Shown here piece after piece: positions 38,963-50,269 of a stretch of 64,000 nucleotides of DNA. The DNA lies in IMG/VR virus record IMGVR_UViG_3300037067_027643, positions 32,001 through 96,000 of that record; one strand, 5' to 3'. This DNA comes from a virus (Duplodnaviria; Caudoviricetes). The notes below the pieces were generated by a model. That model saw only the letters and a program-made list of their open reading frames with translations, was not told where the DNA came from and ran no database searches. Each line of letters starts with the position of its first letter. The stretch's first letter is position 1. The position numbers and the translations under genes are program-made.

Positions 38963-40979
38963 TTATTTTGTAATTTTTGGTGTGAACATAATTAATTCCA
39001 TAAAATAATCTTTAAATAAATTATATGGAATTTTTAATGTATGATTTTGAGTATTAACTAAATTAACTAATATTTTATTTTCGTATACATCTATATCTTT
39101 TAATTGACATTTTTCTCCTTGTACAATTGTATATCCACTTTGTTTATCGTGTATTGTAAAAGATGATTTATAATATTTATCTTCCATAAATTTAATTATT
39201 TTGATTATTACTTACAATAAACATTTACTAAATTTTTATTAATATCTTTAATTAATTCAGATAAACGAATTATTTCTTCATTTTTTAATTGAATTAATTG
39301 TTCGTAATGTTTTTCTTTTTGTGTTAAATTTACATTTAAAAGATTTTGTCTTTCTTCTAATTTAACAATTTCAATTTGAAGTTTTAATTTTTTATCAAAA
39401 CATTCTTTTAATGTATGTTCTATTTCATTTTGTTGTTCTTTTTGATATTTAAGAATCTCTTTATTAATTTTTAATATTTCTTCTTCTTTATATCTAAAAA
39501 GTTCTAATTCTACTTTTTCTTTTAATTTTTTATAGCCAATAATTTTCATAATTTTTAATCTTAAGTTAATAAATTGTTTTTTATATTGTAAGTATATAAT
39601 TCTGAATATTCCAAATATAACAAATATCCAAAATGGTATTACTATAAAATAATATATAATAGTATAAATCATTTTTTATGAAATTATTTAATTTCTAATT
39701 TATCTCTTAGTTTATTTAATAATCTAAGCCTATAAGATACATCTAAATATATTTGACATGCTTTACTTGTTCTATAAGAGGGATTACACATATTAATATA
39801 TAATTCATGTGCTAATTCTCTTAATTTTAATAATTCAAAATCTATTAAGTATTCTATTTCTTCCATAATTTTATTTTTTATTATTTAACTTCCAAACTAT
39901 ATCACTGTGATTAAATGGATACCACTTTTGAATTATATTTCCTACTCTTAATTCTACACTATCCATTCTTATACCAACAACTAATCCAACTTTATTCTTT
40001 TCTGGCATACAATTACTTCTATTATCATCGAATATAATTTCTTTATTAAAATATGGTAGAAAATCTAAATAATTATATAATTTTACTTTCATATTACTTC
40101 CAAAATATTTTATATTCGTGAACTCCTCTTATATCACAACAACGATAACCAGTTTTAACTTTCTTACCATCTAACAATAATTCTTTTATTTTTTCTTTAT
40201 ATTTATTTTCATTTTTACCACCAAAAAAACTTATTTCATACCAATCTATTAAATCATTTGGTCCAATTCGTTTTTCAAACATTTTATCATATAATTGTTC
40301 TATTTTCTTTTCTAAATCAAATAATTTACAACCACAATTAATCATTTTTATACCTCCTATATAATCTTCAGGGAAATATTCTGGAGTTTTACATGGATTT
40401 TCTAAACAATATTGAATTGCTTCTTTTTTAGTTGTATGTGTATTAATATTACTAGTATCATTATCTTCAAATGAAACCCATTTTGATACTAATGGATGTG
40501 ATTGTTTTTGTATAATTCTACCATTATACCAATATTCATCTACTTCTATTTGAACAGGTTTACTATTTCCGAATATATCTTTCATTTTTACTTTGATTTA
40601 TAATTTTCGTACAATATATCATTTGCTTTGGTTGTTAAGTCATCATACTCTTCATACAAATAATTAGGAATTTCTTCTAAATCAAATTCTTTAACTTTAT
40701 CGTAAAATTCTAACATCTTCTTTTTATTTTTTATTAAAATTGACTGTTCAAATTCATCTAATAATTTTATAAATTCTTCCATAACTTATATATTTTAGTT
40801 TAATACTACAAAAATAAGTAAAATTTTATTAATAATAAAATTTATTTTTATAATTCTTCAATTTCAATTAATCTTTCAGTTAACCACTTACTCAATTTTA
40901 AAGTTTCTTTGCTTCGAGCCTTTTTAAGTTCGAAGCCAATTCCGAAACTAGTTCTGTGCCAAATTCTAAATGTTTTCAT
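38963..40979 (-). CDS. run of small hypothetical genes (38963-39187, 39208-39672 TM plus coiled coil, 39684-39866, 39871-40092, 40094-40585, 40588-40782, 40848-40979)
   Basis: Tightly packed co-oriented ORFs behind host-type promoters; 40848-40979 (MKTFRIWHRTSFG...) is not in the ORF track. Confidence 0.6.
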
Positions 40980-41006
40980 ATTTTTTATTGTTTTAATTTA
41001 ACACTA

Positions 41007-41038
41007 CAAATATACAAATTAAAAACCACACTACCAAA
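41007..41038 (-). promoter_or_regulatory. Bacteroidota primary-sigma-type promoter
   Basis: TTTG-N20-TATATTTG. Confidence 0.75.
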
Positions 41039-41096
41039 TTTATTTTAAATTATTTTTATTACTATTTATATAAATAATCCAATATTAGTTATTATA

Positions 41097-41423
41097 ATGA
41101 ACCTAACTTTATCATCTATTCTAAAAGAAATCTATGTTTCTAACAGTCATTTTGAAACTGTAAAGGTTGACAATATAGTATTTGAATGTAAAACCTCTTA
41201 TACAGATGATGGTATTATATTTACTTTTAATCCAATTAACTCCGCAGAAAAATCAAAGATAAAAGATGAAAAGAAAACATCATTGGATATAATAAGATAT
41301 TTATCAAAATTATTCCAAAGTTGTAAATTTACCTCAACTAAAAAATCAATGAATTCTGGAATAAATATAACATTAGTACCAACAGAACTTTTAAAATATA
41401 TAAACAATCATATATCAGGCTAA
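41097..41423 (+). CDS. hypothetical protein
   Basis: 108-aa ORF behind TTACTATTTATA. Confidence 0.65.
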   Translation: MNLTLSSILKEIYVSNSHFETVKVDNIVFECKTSYTDDGIIFTFNPINSAEKSKIKDEKKTSLDIIRYLSKLFQSCKFTSTKKSMNSGINITLVPTELLKYINNHISG

Positions 41424-41428
41424 ATAAC

Positions 41429-43663
41429 ATGGCAGTAGCATCATTCACACCTTCTAAAGATACGACAATATATCAATCACTTCCATTATTAAATAGTGGA
41501 TTGGATAGTATATTAGAACTTACCAAAGATACTACTAATAGCTCCAGAATATTAATACAATTTGATACTAATGAAATATCTCAATTCGTTACAGATAATA
41601 ATATTACTGGTAGTCATGATTTCTATTTAAACTTATATACTTGTGATGTAAATGAAATTCCTTACACTTATACAGTAGAATGTTATCCTATTAGTCAATC
41701 ATGGAATATGGGTATTGGTAAACGTGATGTTACTCCCTATGCAAAAACAGCTGCTAACTGGAGATATAGAACTGACAATGCTTATTGGGGTAATGTCACT
41801 AGTAATTTTTCTGGTAGCTACAACGATTATTTAAATTATATCAACTTAGCGGGACAATTTGATAGTTATTTCAACGGAAATATTGTAGGAATGATTAGTG
41901 GTACCATATTTGCTGGAAGTACTTATCGAGATCAATACGATCTTACAAAGTTGTATGTTACAGATGAGTTAGTTAGTCAATCTTTTAATGGTAAGTTAAT
42001 TGGAAACATAGATGCTTATATATCAAGTTCTGTATTAGCTATTGTTAGTGGAACAATTGATATCGATTATATTAGTGTTAATCAAGGTGGATATTATGAT
42101 AAAAATACAGTATATACTCAGTCTTTTGAATATGAAAACACTGATTTAAATATTAAGATTACTGGTTTAGTAGACAGTTGGATTACTGGAAGTTTAGAAA
42201 ATAATGGAGTATTACTTAAATTAACAGACACGGAAGAAAGTGCTTCTAGTTATACTTCACTTAAATATTTTTCAAGAGATACTCATACTATATATCCTCC
42301 TAGATTAGAACTTAGATGGAATGATAATAGTTTTGTTACTTCAAGTATTGTTTCATATACGTCAGAATCTGTTGTTAAACACTCATTTGCTTCAAATAAA
42401 ACTCCTATTACAGATTTTTCTTTCTTTTATCCACCGTTTGATACTCCTGTATTACCTACCAATGTTACTTATTCTTACAGTGATAGTGCAAGTTATACAT
42501 CTACTCATATTTCAGAATCTAGATCTAATGACTTTGATTATTATGTTAGTGATTATTATTTAACTGGAAAATATAGAGGTTTATTAAATGGACGATATAA
42601 TGGAATTTATAGTGGGATATTAAGTGGAAGTGTTGTTCCTTTTACTGCTATAGATATCAACAACACGTTTATTAGCAATATTAATCATGAATTTATTAAC
42701 AATGAACAATTTGATGGATATTTTAATGGTAGTTATTCTGGTAGTATAAATGGAGGTATTAATGCTATTATCACAGCTAGTAATGGATTAGATAATACTG
42801 TATTTGTTGGTAATATTATCGGTGCTTTTAATTATTTCAGTGGTAGCTATTCTGGAAGTTTTAATGGTGTTCCCGATAGTGGAGTTGGTATTATTACATC
42901 TAGTACAAATGTTACTGCCTCTTTAGATGGAATATTTAATGACGGTGCTGTTATTGCTACTTTAAGTGGTTCTTATATTGGTGCTATTGATTGTTCTTCT
43001 TATATTGGATCGTATAGTAGTTCTTTAAGTGGAGTTGCTGTTGCTTATTTAAGTGGAAGTTTAAGTGGTAGCTTAGATTATCCTTTTACTGCTTATACTA
43101 TATTGAATTCTAATACTACATTAGATAGTCAACTTAATAATATTACTACTAATGCTACATATATTACTTCTAGTGGATATTTTACTGGTTATAGTAAAGG
43201 ACAATTAGTAGATGGTATAGATTTATTTCAATATAATATTACTGGAAGTAGAACGTATATATATACTCAGTCTGTTAGTTTAAATCCTTTAACTGAAAAT
43301 GATATTGTACTATATTTAAATCCTCATTTAGCCGCTTATAATGTAGATAGTATTAACAGAATTAATATTGTTGGAAGAGAAAGATATCCACAAAGAACTT
43401 ATAGTAAAAATGAAAGTAGTTATTTAGAGATTAAATATTTACCTAGTAATTCTTATTATTCGATATTAGATGCTCATAGCAATGATATAATTGTTCCTTT
43501 TGATGATGTATATACAAAAATTAGTTGTGATGAAACTGGTAATTATTTTACTTTATATACAAAAGGATTACAAGTAAAACGCCATTATCGATTCGTATTT
43601 AAAATCGTAAGAAATGGTCAAGTTAATCTGTACGACGAAGATTTTATATTTAAAGTGATTTAG
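41429..43663 (+). CDS. Ser/Gly-rich putative virion protein
   Basis: KDTTIY, SRILIQF, SWNMGIG, LKYFSRDTHTIYPPRLE; many SGS/GxxxG units. Confidence 0.6.
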   Translation: MAVASFTPSKDTTIYQSLPLLNSGLDSILELTKDTTNSSRILIQFDTNEISQFVTDNNITGSHDFYLNLYTCDVNEIPYTYTVECYPISQSWNMGIGKRDVTPYAKTAANWRYRTDNAYWGNVTSNFSGSYNDYLNYINLAGQFDSYFNGNIVGMISGTIFAGSTYRDQYDLTKLYVTDELVSQSFNGKLIGNIDAYISSSVLAIVSGTIDIDYISVNQGGYYDKNTVYTQSFEYENTDLNIKITGLVDSWITGSLENNGVLLKLTDTEESASSYTSLKYFSRDTHTIYPPRLELRWNDNSFVTSSIVSYTSESVVKHSFASNKTPITDFSFFYPPFDTPVLPTNVTYSYSDSASYTSTHISESRSNDFDYYVSDYYLTGKYRGLLNGRYNGIYSGILSGSVVPFTAIDINNTFISNINHEFINNEQFDGYFNGSYSGSINGGINAIITASNGLDNTVFVGNIIGAFNYFSGSYSGSFNGVPDSGVGIITSSTNVTASLDGIFNDGAVIATLSGSYIGAIDCSSYIGSYSSSLSGVAVAYLSGSLSGSLDYPFTAYTILNSNTTLDSQLNNITTNATYITSSGYFTGYSKGQLVDGIDLFQYNITGSRTYIYTQSVSLNPLTENDIVLYLNPHLAAYNVDSINRINIVGRERYPQRTYSKNESSYLEIKYLPSNSYYSILDAHSNDIIVPFDDVYTKISCDETGNYFTLYTKGLQVKRHYRFVFKIVRNGQVNLYDEDFIFKVI

Positions 43664-43877
43664 CTATTTCATTTTTTAATATTTCTCTATCTTCTTCATA
43701 AATTATATCATCTATAGTTAATCCTAATTTATCTAAGACTTTTACCACTCATAAATTTCCAATTGTTAAATGAGCTAAAGAATTAATTTCTGACGCTGTT
43801 AATGATACTTCTTTTCCCAATAAAAATTCAATTTGATTCTTCAATGAGTTGTCTTTGTTTGTTGTTAAATTTATCAT
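43650..43877 (-). pseudogene. small ORF with an in-frame TGA at 43749-43751
   Basis: MINLTTNKDNSLK...TIGNL*VVKVLDKLGLTIDDIIYEEDREILKNEIAKSL. Confidence 0.4.
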
Positions 43878-43885
43878 AATTTATT

Positions 43886-45925
43886 TTATTTAGGAATATG
43901 CAATTCACACATTCCATGTTTCTTTTCTAATATCGTTCCTTTGTAATCTTTATCCATTATGTGTTGAACAGTACAAACATACATTTCAGTTGATTCAGTA
44001 ACACTTCCTTGGAATTGTTTATTCCATGGATGTTTCATTAATTCTAATTGATTTCTGCAATTGCAACAACATTCTCCAGAATGCCATCCTTTATCACATG
44101 GAATATAATCATTACTTTTAATTGGATTATTATCTCTAAAAATTTGATTTTCATCTATATATTCAAAATCTTCGTCTTTTATTAATACTGGATTTCTAGT
44201 AAACCACATTCCACCATTCCAATATTCAATATTACAATCTTCTTTGTTTGGATATTTTACCCAATAATAACCTGGATTTCTTGTTTTCATATTTAATTTA
44301 TTTAATTTTACTATATTTAATCATACCAATATAATCAATAATAATTGGTTCAAATTCATATCTATGTTCTTTTATAAATTTCTCTCTTTCTTTTAATATC
44401 TTTTCAATTTCTTTAATTTGGAAACTTTTGTATGATTTAATTAATTTCATATTTGGATTAAATTATATTTTTGTACTACACTAATTAATTCCTCTTCGTT
44501 TTTTACATTTATTATAATATTTGCTTGTTTTACTGTAGTTATATCAATTCCTTGTTTTGTTCTACATATTCCTAATATATCTATATAATCAAATATTCCT
44601 TCTTTACCTGTGGTACTGCATTTTATGTGTTTTCCTTTACAATTTTCTAAAGTATTTATTTTAGCAAATGTTTTAAATGGTATATTTACTTTTAACATAA
44701 TTTATATTTTTAATTTAATATTAATAATAATTTATTATTTAACCACATCTTTAATTTTCTCAAAATTAACTACATAATGACTTGTTTCTTTTGGTTTATT
44801 TAGTGATTCACACCAAACACCATATTGTGCTGTTTCTGGATATAATTTTAATATTTCTCCAGTTTCATTATTTTTACTATAAGAATTAAATATAATTTTA
44901 GTTCCAACTTCTAAACCTAATTGTACATCATTTTCTTTTACCCATTCAATTATTTGATCTCTCATCAAATCATTATAACTATATTGTATAACATCTAAAT
45001 CTTCTACAATCAACGCACAAATATCATAACCATTCTTTTCAAACTCTTTACCCAATGTAAAACCATCTAAATCAAATGGCCAATTTAAAATTTCTTTTGA
45101 TATTTCGATACAATCATCTAAATCAGAATTTTTATTATAACTAATTATAATTTTTGCCATTTCTGTAGCTAGTTTATTTAAATTATCTTCTGTTAAACTA
45201 TCTGGTCTTTCTTGTACTTTATTATCCATAATAAATTTTTAATTATATTTATTTTATTTTTATTTTTACATTAACTAATAATGGTAAATCTTTTCCATTA
45301 TGATATTTAATTAATTCAATATATTTTTCATCTCCAATTATACCATCTATAGTCCATTTAGTTTTAATACCATTTTCATATATTGGTATTGAATATTTTA
45401 CTGTTTTACTCATTATTTTATAATCTAATTGCTTTATATATTGATTGTCTTTCAAATGAATTTTCTGCTCTATTAGCTTTTAAATAATTATGCCACTTTT
45501 CTAAAGCTTTTTCACTTGTTTTTGCGTCTACAAACCCAGATTCAATTCTTTCATCTCCATTACTATCTGGATAATCTGGATGCCTAACCCAAATAATTTT
45601 GAATCTATTTACTTGTATTTTATTATGCATAATACATAATTTTAGTTAAAATCGAATTAATTGCAACTTTATAGAAATCAATAGATACATCTGAGTTAGA
45701 AAAGAATTCTTTTGGAGAGTCCTTCCATAATTCATTATAAATATTAAATTTAACGTTTAATAATTCTGTAAAAGAAACCATATTTAAATTAAATTTTTTG
45801 AGTGTTTTTATCATAGATTCATTAGATGGTACATTAAAATCTTTTAATTCATCAAATTCATCATCACCAACCAATAAAAAATTTAATACTGCTATAGAAC
45901 ATTTTAATAATTCATTATTATTCAT
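43886..45925 (-). CDS. run of small hypothetical genes (43886-44290 Cys-rich, 44447-44698, 44735-45229, 45249-45455, 45418-45630, 45623-45925)
   Basis: Packed co-oriented ORFs behind the promoter at 45953-45984. Confidence 0.6.
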
Positions 45926-45952
45926 AATATATTTAATTTTAAATTAACGATA

Positions 45953-45984
45953 CAAAAATAAGTAAAATTTTTCACTTTACCAAA
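45953..45984 (-). promoter_or_regulatory. Bacteroidota primary-sigma-type promoter
   Basis: TTTG-N20-TATTTTTG. Confidence 0.75.
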
Positions 45985-46047
45985 TTTATTTTTAATTTTT
46001 ATAATAGAAAATAATTTTGTATATTAAAATAAAAATTCTAAAACAAC

Positions 46048-49000
46048 ATGAAATTAAATAGTAAATTATCAAAAATTAAACACATTATTCACGTATCCGA
46101 TATTCACATTAGGTTACTTAAAAAACATAAAGAGTATCGTACAATATTTAAAAACCTTTATAACAGTATAGAACAATATGATAATACCAATACAATAGTT
46201 GTTATTACTGGTGATTTAGTTCATAATAAAACAGAAATGAGTCCAGAAATGATAGACTTAGTTCAAGAATTCATAACAGAACTATCTAATCGTTTTGAAA
46301 TCGTAATTATACCTGGTAACCATGATATCAACTTAAACAACCCAGATAGATTAGATGCACTATCACCTATTATTAAAATAATTCAAAGAAACAGTAAAAA
46401 CAATATACATTATATTAAAGATAGTGGTTATTATTGTTTAGCTAACTGTGGAATTAAAAATTATTCTGTATTTGAAAATGATATAATAATAGAAGATGAA
46501 AATTTTATCAATCAAGAATATAAAATTGGATTGTATCATGGAATTGTACAAGGTTCAACAAGTAATAGTGGTATTGAATTTAAAAATGCTAAAACTACAT
46601 TAGCTGACTTTGATGGTAATGATATAATACTTCTTGGTGATATACATAAATTTCAAACATTACAAGAATATCATACTAACAATGATAATGAAAAACGTCC
46701 ATCTGTAGCGTACCCAAGCTCATTATGTCAACAGAACTATGGAGAGAGTGAAAATAATCACGGATATCTACTATGGAACTTAGAAAATAGAAACTTTGAT
46801 TTTATTGAAATTGATAATCCTTACAAATATCATACATTACATATTGCTAATGGAGAACTAATAACAGATACCGCTAATATATCAAGTAACCCACATATTA
46901 GATTGATTGTAGATGATAACATTACAGAAAAATCACAAATTAGAGATATTAGTTCTCAATTAAAAAGTCAGTATAATGTTCAAAGTTTAATTATAAATCA
47001 TGCTAAACAACAAATAGAACAGAGTGGTGGTATTGATAATAATATAGAACAAATTAAAATTAATAGCAGTGATATTAAGAATGTAAATATTCAAAATCAG
47101 TTAATTAAAAAATTCTTAGAAAAGAAGCATAATGAAATAACAGAAGAACAGTTTAAAGCTATTGAAGATTTAAATATAAGAATCAATACATTAATTAAAA
47201 CAAATCCAATAGACAGTTCATCTGTAGTTGTAATTAAATATAAAAAATTAGAATGGAGTAATATGTTTACTTATGGTAAAGATAATGTATTAGACTTTAC
47301 TAATTTTAGGGATATATATGGTCTTTTTGCTAAAAATAAAGAAGGTAAAAGTGCTACTTTAGAAATTTTATTATATGTAATGTTTGACCAATGTAACAGA
47401 GCCAATAAAGCTGGAGATGTAATAAACTACAATGCTACTACATTTGATTGTAAGTTTAATTTTGAAATAAACAATATCAATTACTTTATAGAAAGACATG
47501 CTAAAAGAGCTAAGAATGGTAAAGTAAGTGTAGAAGTTGATTTTTATTATATCAATGAAAACAACGAAAGAAAATCTCTTAATGGAACAGAACGCAAAGA
47601 TACTAATAAAATAATAAGAAATTACATTGGAACATTTGAAAATTTAATAATGACTTCTGTTTCTCCACAAGATAAAAACTTAGGATTAATTGATACTAAA
47701 CAAGCCGAAAGAAAAGATTTATTTGCTTCCTTCTTAGATATTACTGTATTTGATTTATTATTAGAAATAGGGAATAAAGAAAATAGTAAAATTATATTAC
47801 AAATTAAAGAACTTTCTGCTAGAGATTTTGATAAAGAATTAGAAGATATTAATACTATATTAGAAGAAAATAATAAAAAACATACAGAACTAAATGATTT
47901 AAAAGCTATTAATTCTAATAAAAAAGAAGCGATAAATAATCGAATATTAGAACTTACTAAACAATTAATAGCAATTAAAACAGTAAAGGATATAAATGTA
48001 TTAAACAGTAATACAACCGCTTTATCAACTAAAAAAACTAATACCAACACTAATATTGAAACTGTTAATAATAATTTAAACATTTACAAAAATAATGCTA
48101 TTACATTAAAAACACAAATTGATCAGTATGATGACGTATTAATAAACGATAACATTAAATTAATAACAGAATTAACCAATAAAAAACAACCTTTAGATAA
48201 ACAACTGCATACTCTTACCGTAGAAGCTAAAGAAAAGAAACTTAAAATTGAAAAACTTAAAGACTTAGAATACGATAAAGATTGCTCTTTTTGTATGAAC
48301 AATATCTATGTCAAAGATGCGATTCAAGTAAGAGATTCTTTTGAACAAGATAAATTGGCTGGAAAAACACTATTAGAACAGATACAAGCGTTAGATACTC
48401 AAATATTAGAACTATATACTTATCAAACTCAAAAAACAGAATTAGATAGCTTAAAACAACAATTAAAACAAATACTTGACAATGATATTCCATTATGTAA
48501 AAGTAAGATTGAAAAATTTAATAAAGAAATAGAATTAATAGAATTACAAATAGTAGAAAATGCTAATGATATCGTTAAATACAATCAAAATATTGAAAAT
48601 ATCAAAGCTAATGCTATTGTTGAATCTGATATTAAAACAACAAAAGAAGAATTAAAAACAGTAACAAATGAAGGACAAACAATAGATAATAATATTCAAA
48701 CTATAATTAAAGATATTGCTATTAATGAAAACAAAATAACTAACATCAACAATGATATAATTAAACTTAAAACGCTTGAAATTCAATCTAAGGTATATAA
48801 TTATTATTTAGAAACAGTAAACAGACAGGGATTACCTTACGAATTGATTAGTAACATGATTCAATTCTTTGAAAATGAGATAAATTTAATTTTACATCAA
48901 TTTACGAACTTTGAAATTAGAGTTGAAATGTTAGATGGAGATATTGATATGTATATTGATTATGGAAACGGACAAAAATGGTTACTAGAATTAACAAGTG

Positions 49001-49269
49001 GATTTGAAAGTTTTGCTTCTTCTATAGCTATTAGATGTGCATTGTTGAATATTTCCAATACGCCGAGACCAAATGGATTTATTGTAGATGAAGGCTTCGG
49101 TAAAGCAGATGCTGATAATTTAAGTAATATACCACAAGTCTTTGAATATTTAAGTCAATATTTTGAATTTATTTTAATTGTAAGTCATATTGATGTTATG
49201 AAAGATAGTGTAAATTCAATTATAGAAATAACTAAAGATAGTGAAAATAAATCTCACATAAATTTTTAA
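46048..49269 (+). CDS. fused Mre11(SbcD)-Rad50(SbcC) nuclease/ATPase
   Basis: SDIH, GD, PGNHD, LGDIH; Walker A KNKEGKS; coiled coil with CSFC hook; SGFE; FIVDEGFG; VSH. Confidence 0.9.
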   Translation: MKLNSKLSKIKHIIHVSDIHIRLLKKHKEYRTIFKNLYNSIEQYDNTNTIVVITGDLVHNKTEMSPEMIDLVQEFITELSNRFEIVIIPGNHDINLNNPDRLDALSPIIKIIQRNSKNNIHYIKDSGYYCLANCGIKNYSVFENDIIIEDENFINQEYKIGLYHGIVQGSTSNSGIEFKNAKTTLADFDGNDIILLGDIHKFQTLQEYHTNNDNEKRPSVAYPSSLCQQNYGESENNHGYLLWNLENRNFDFIEIDNPYKYHTLHIANGELITDTANISSNPHIRLIVDDNITEKSQIRDISSQLKSQYNVQSLIINHAKQQIEQSGGIDNNIEQIKINSSDIKNVNIQNQLIKKFLEKKHNEITEEQFKAIEDLNIRINTLIKTNPIDSSSVVVIKYKKLEWSNMFTYGKDNVLDFTNFRDIYGLFAKNKEGKSATLEILLYVMFDQCNRANKAGDVINYNATTFDCKFNFEINNINYFIERHAKRAKNGKVSVEVDFYYINENNERKSLNGTERKDTNKIIRNYIGTFENLIMTSVSPQDKNLGLIDTKQAERKDLFASFLDITVFDLLLEIGNKENSKIILQIKELSARDFDKELEDINTILEENNKKHTELNDLKAINSNKKEAINNRILELTKQLIAIKTVKDINVLNSNTTALSTKKTNTNTNIETVNNNLNIYKNNAITLKTQIDQYDDVLINDNIKLITELTNKKQPLDKQLHTLTVEAKEKKLKIEKLKDLEYDKDCSFCMNNIYVKDAIQVRDSFEQDKLAGKTLLEQIQALDTQILELYTYQTQKTELDSLKQQLKQILDNDIPLCKSKIEKFNKEIELIELQIVENANDIVKYNQNIENIKANAIVESDIKTTKEELKTVTNEGQTIDNNIQTIIKDIAINENKITNINNDIIKLKTLEIQSKVYNYYLETVNRQGLPYELISNMIQFFENEINLILHQFTNFEIRVEMLDGDIDMYIDYGNGQKWLLELTSGFESFASSIAIRCALLNISNTPRPNGFIVDEGFGKADADNLSNIPQVFEYLSQYFEFILIVSHIDVMKDSVNSIIEITKDSENKSHINF

Positions 49270-49272
49270 ATC

Positions 49273-49710
49273 ATGAATATAACTCCAGAAAAAATAACAG
49301 AATTAAAACAAAATGAAATATTTGTATTTGGTAGTAATGAATCTGGAATTCATGGAGCCGGAGCTGCTAAACAAGCTTTAAAATGGGGAGCTAAATATGG
49401 ACAACCAGAAGGATTAAAAGGAAATACTTATGCAATTCCTACTAAAAATAAATCAATAACAAGAACATTATCAATTAATGAAATTAAAATTTATGTTGAT
49501 AGATTTATTGAATTTGCTGTTATACATTCTGAATTGACATTCTTAGTAACTGAAATTGGTTGTGGATTAGCTGGATTAAAACCTATTGATGTCGCTCCAT
49601 TATTTGCTGATGTGGTTAAATTAAAATTAAATAATATTCATCTTCCAACTAATTTTATATTTGAATTAATGGTTAATGGTACTATAAAACCACTTCCAAC
49701 AGAAATATAG
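49273..49710 (+). CDS. phage macro-like (A1S_2505-type) protein
   Basis: EIFVFGSNxxGxHGAGAA, YAIPT, FLVTEIGCGLAG. Confidence 0.7.
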   Translation: MNITPEKITELKQNEIFVFGSNESGIHGAGAAKQALKWGAKYGQPEGLKGNTYAIPTKNKSITRTLSINEIKIYVDRFIEFAVIHSELTFLVTEIGCGLAGLKPIDVAPLFADVVKLKLNNIHLPTNFIFELMVNGTIKPLPTEI

Positions 49711-49732
49711 CAATTAAAATAAAATATAAATT

Positions 49733-49769
49733 AAATCCACTATAAAGTTAACTTTATAGTGGATTTTTT
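49733..49769 (+). terminator. intrinsic terminator
   Basis: AAATCCACTTATAAAG/CTTTATAGTGGATTT followed by a T-run. Confidence 0.75.
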
Positions 49770-49819
49770 ACTTTTACTAAATTTTACTATTTATATAAAA
49801 ACAACAAATAAATAATAAA

Positions 49820-50269
49820 ATGAAAAATCCGGATTCCAGTAGTACAAATTTTGAAAATATAGAAGTATTCAAAGGCAAAACATTGGCTAATATATTTAAA
49901 GAAATTCATAATAATCACAAAGATAAAGATAAACAAATTACAGAACTAATAGACAGTTTAAAGCCATTAATTACTAACATTACGGATGCTATACAGTTAG
50001 TCCCATTACTTAAAGATTATTTAGACATTGGAATTAAAAACAATGAACAACTTGTTAAATTAGCAACAGTAATCCAAAGAGCAGTATCTGTTAATAAAAG
50101 TGAAAATGGTAGTGGAGATGATGATATGACTATTCCTAAAGAAGAACGTGAAGAACTATTAAAGAATGCTAAAATAGTAAATAAAAATAATGATCAAATA
50201 ACTAGCATGATGAAAAGCGTTAATGAAATAGTTGATCTAACTAAAAAAGAAAAAACAAAAGTTGAATAA
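49820..50269 (+). CDS. hypothetical helical protein
   Basis: 149-aa ORF behind TTTTACTATTTATA. Confidence 0.7.
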   Translation: MKNPDSSSTNFENIEVFKGKTLANIFKEIHNNHKDKDKQITELIDSLKPLITNITDAIQLVPLLKDYLDIGIKNNEQLVKLATVIQRAVSVNKSENGSGDDDMTIPKEEREELLKNAKIVNKNNDQITSMMKSVNEIVDLTKKEKTKVE

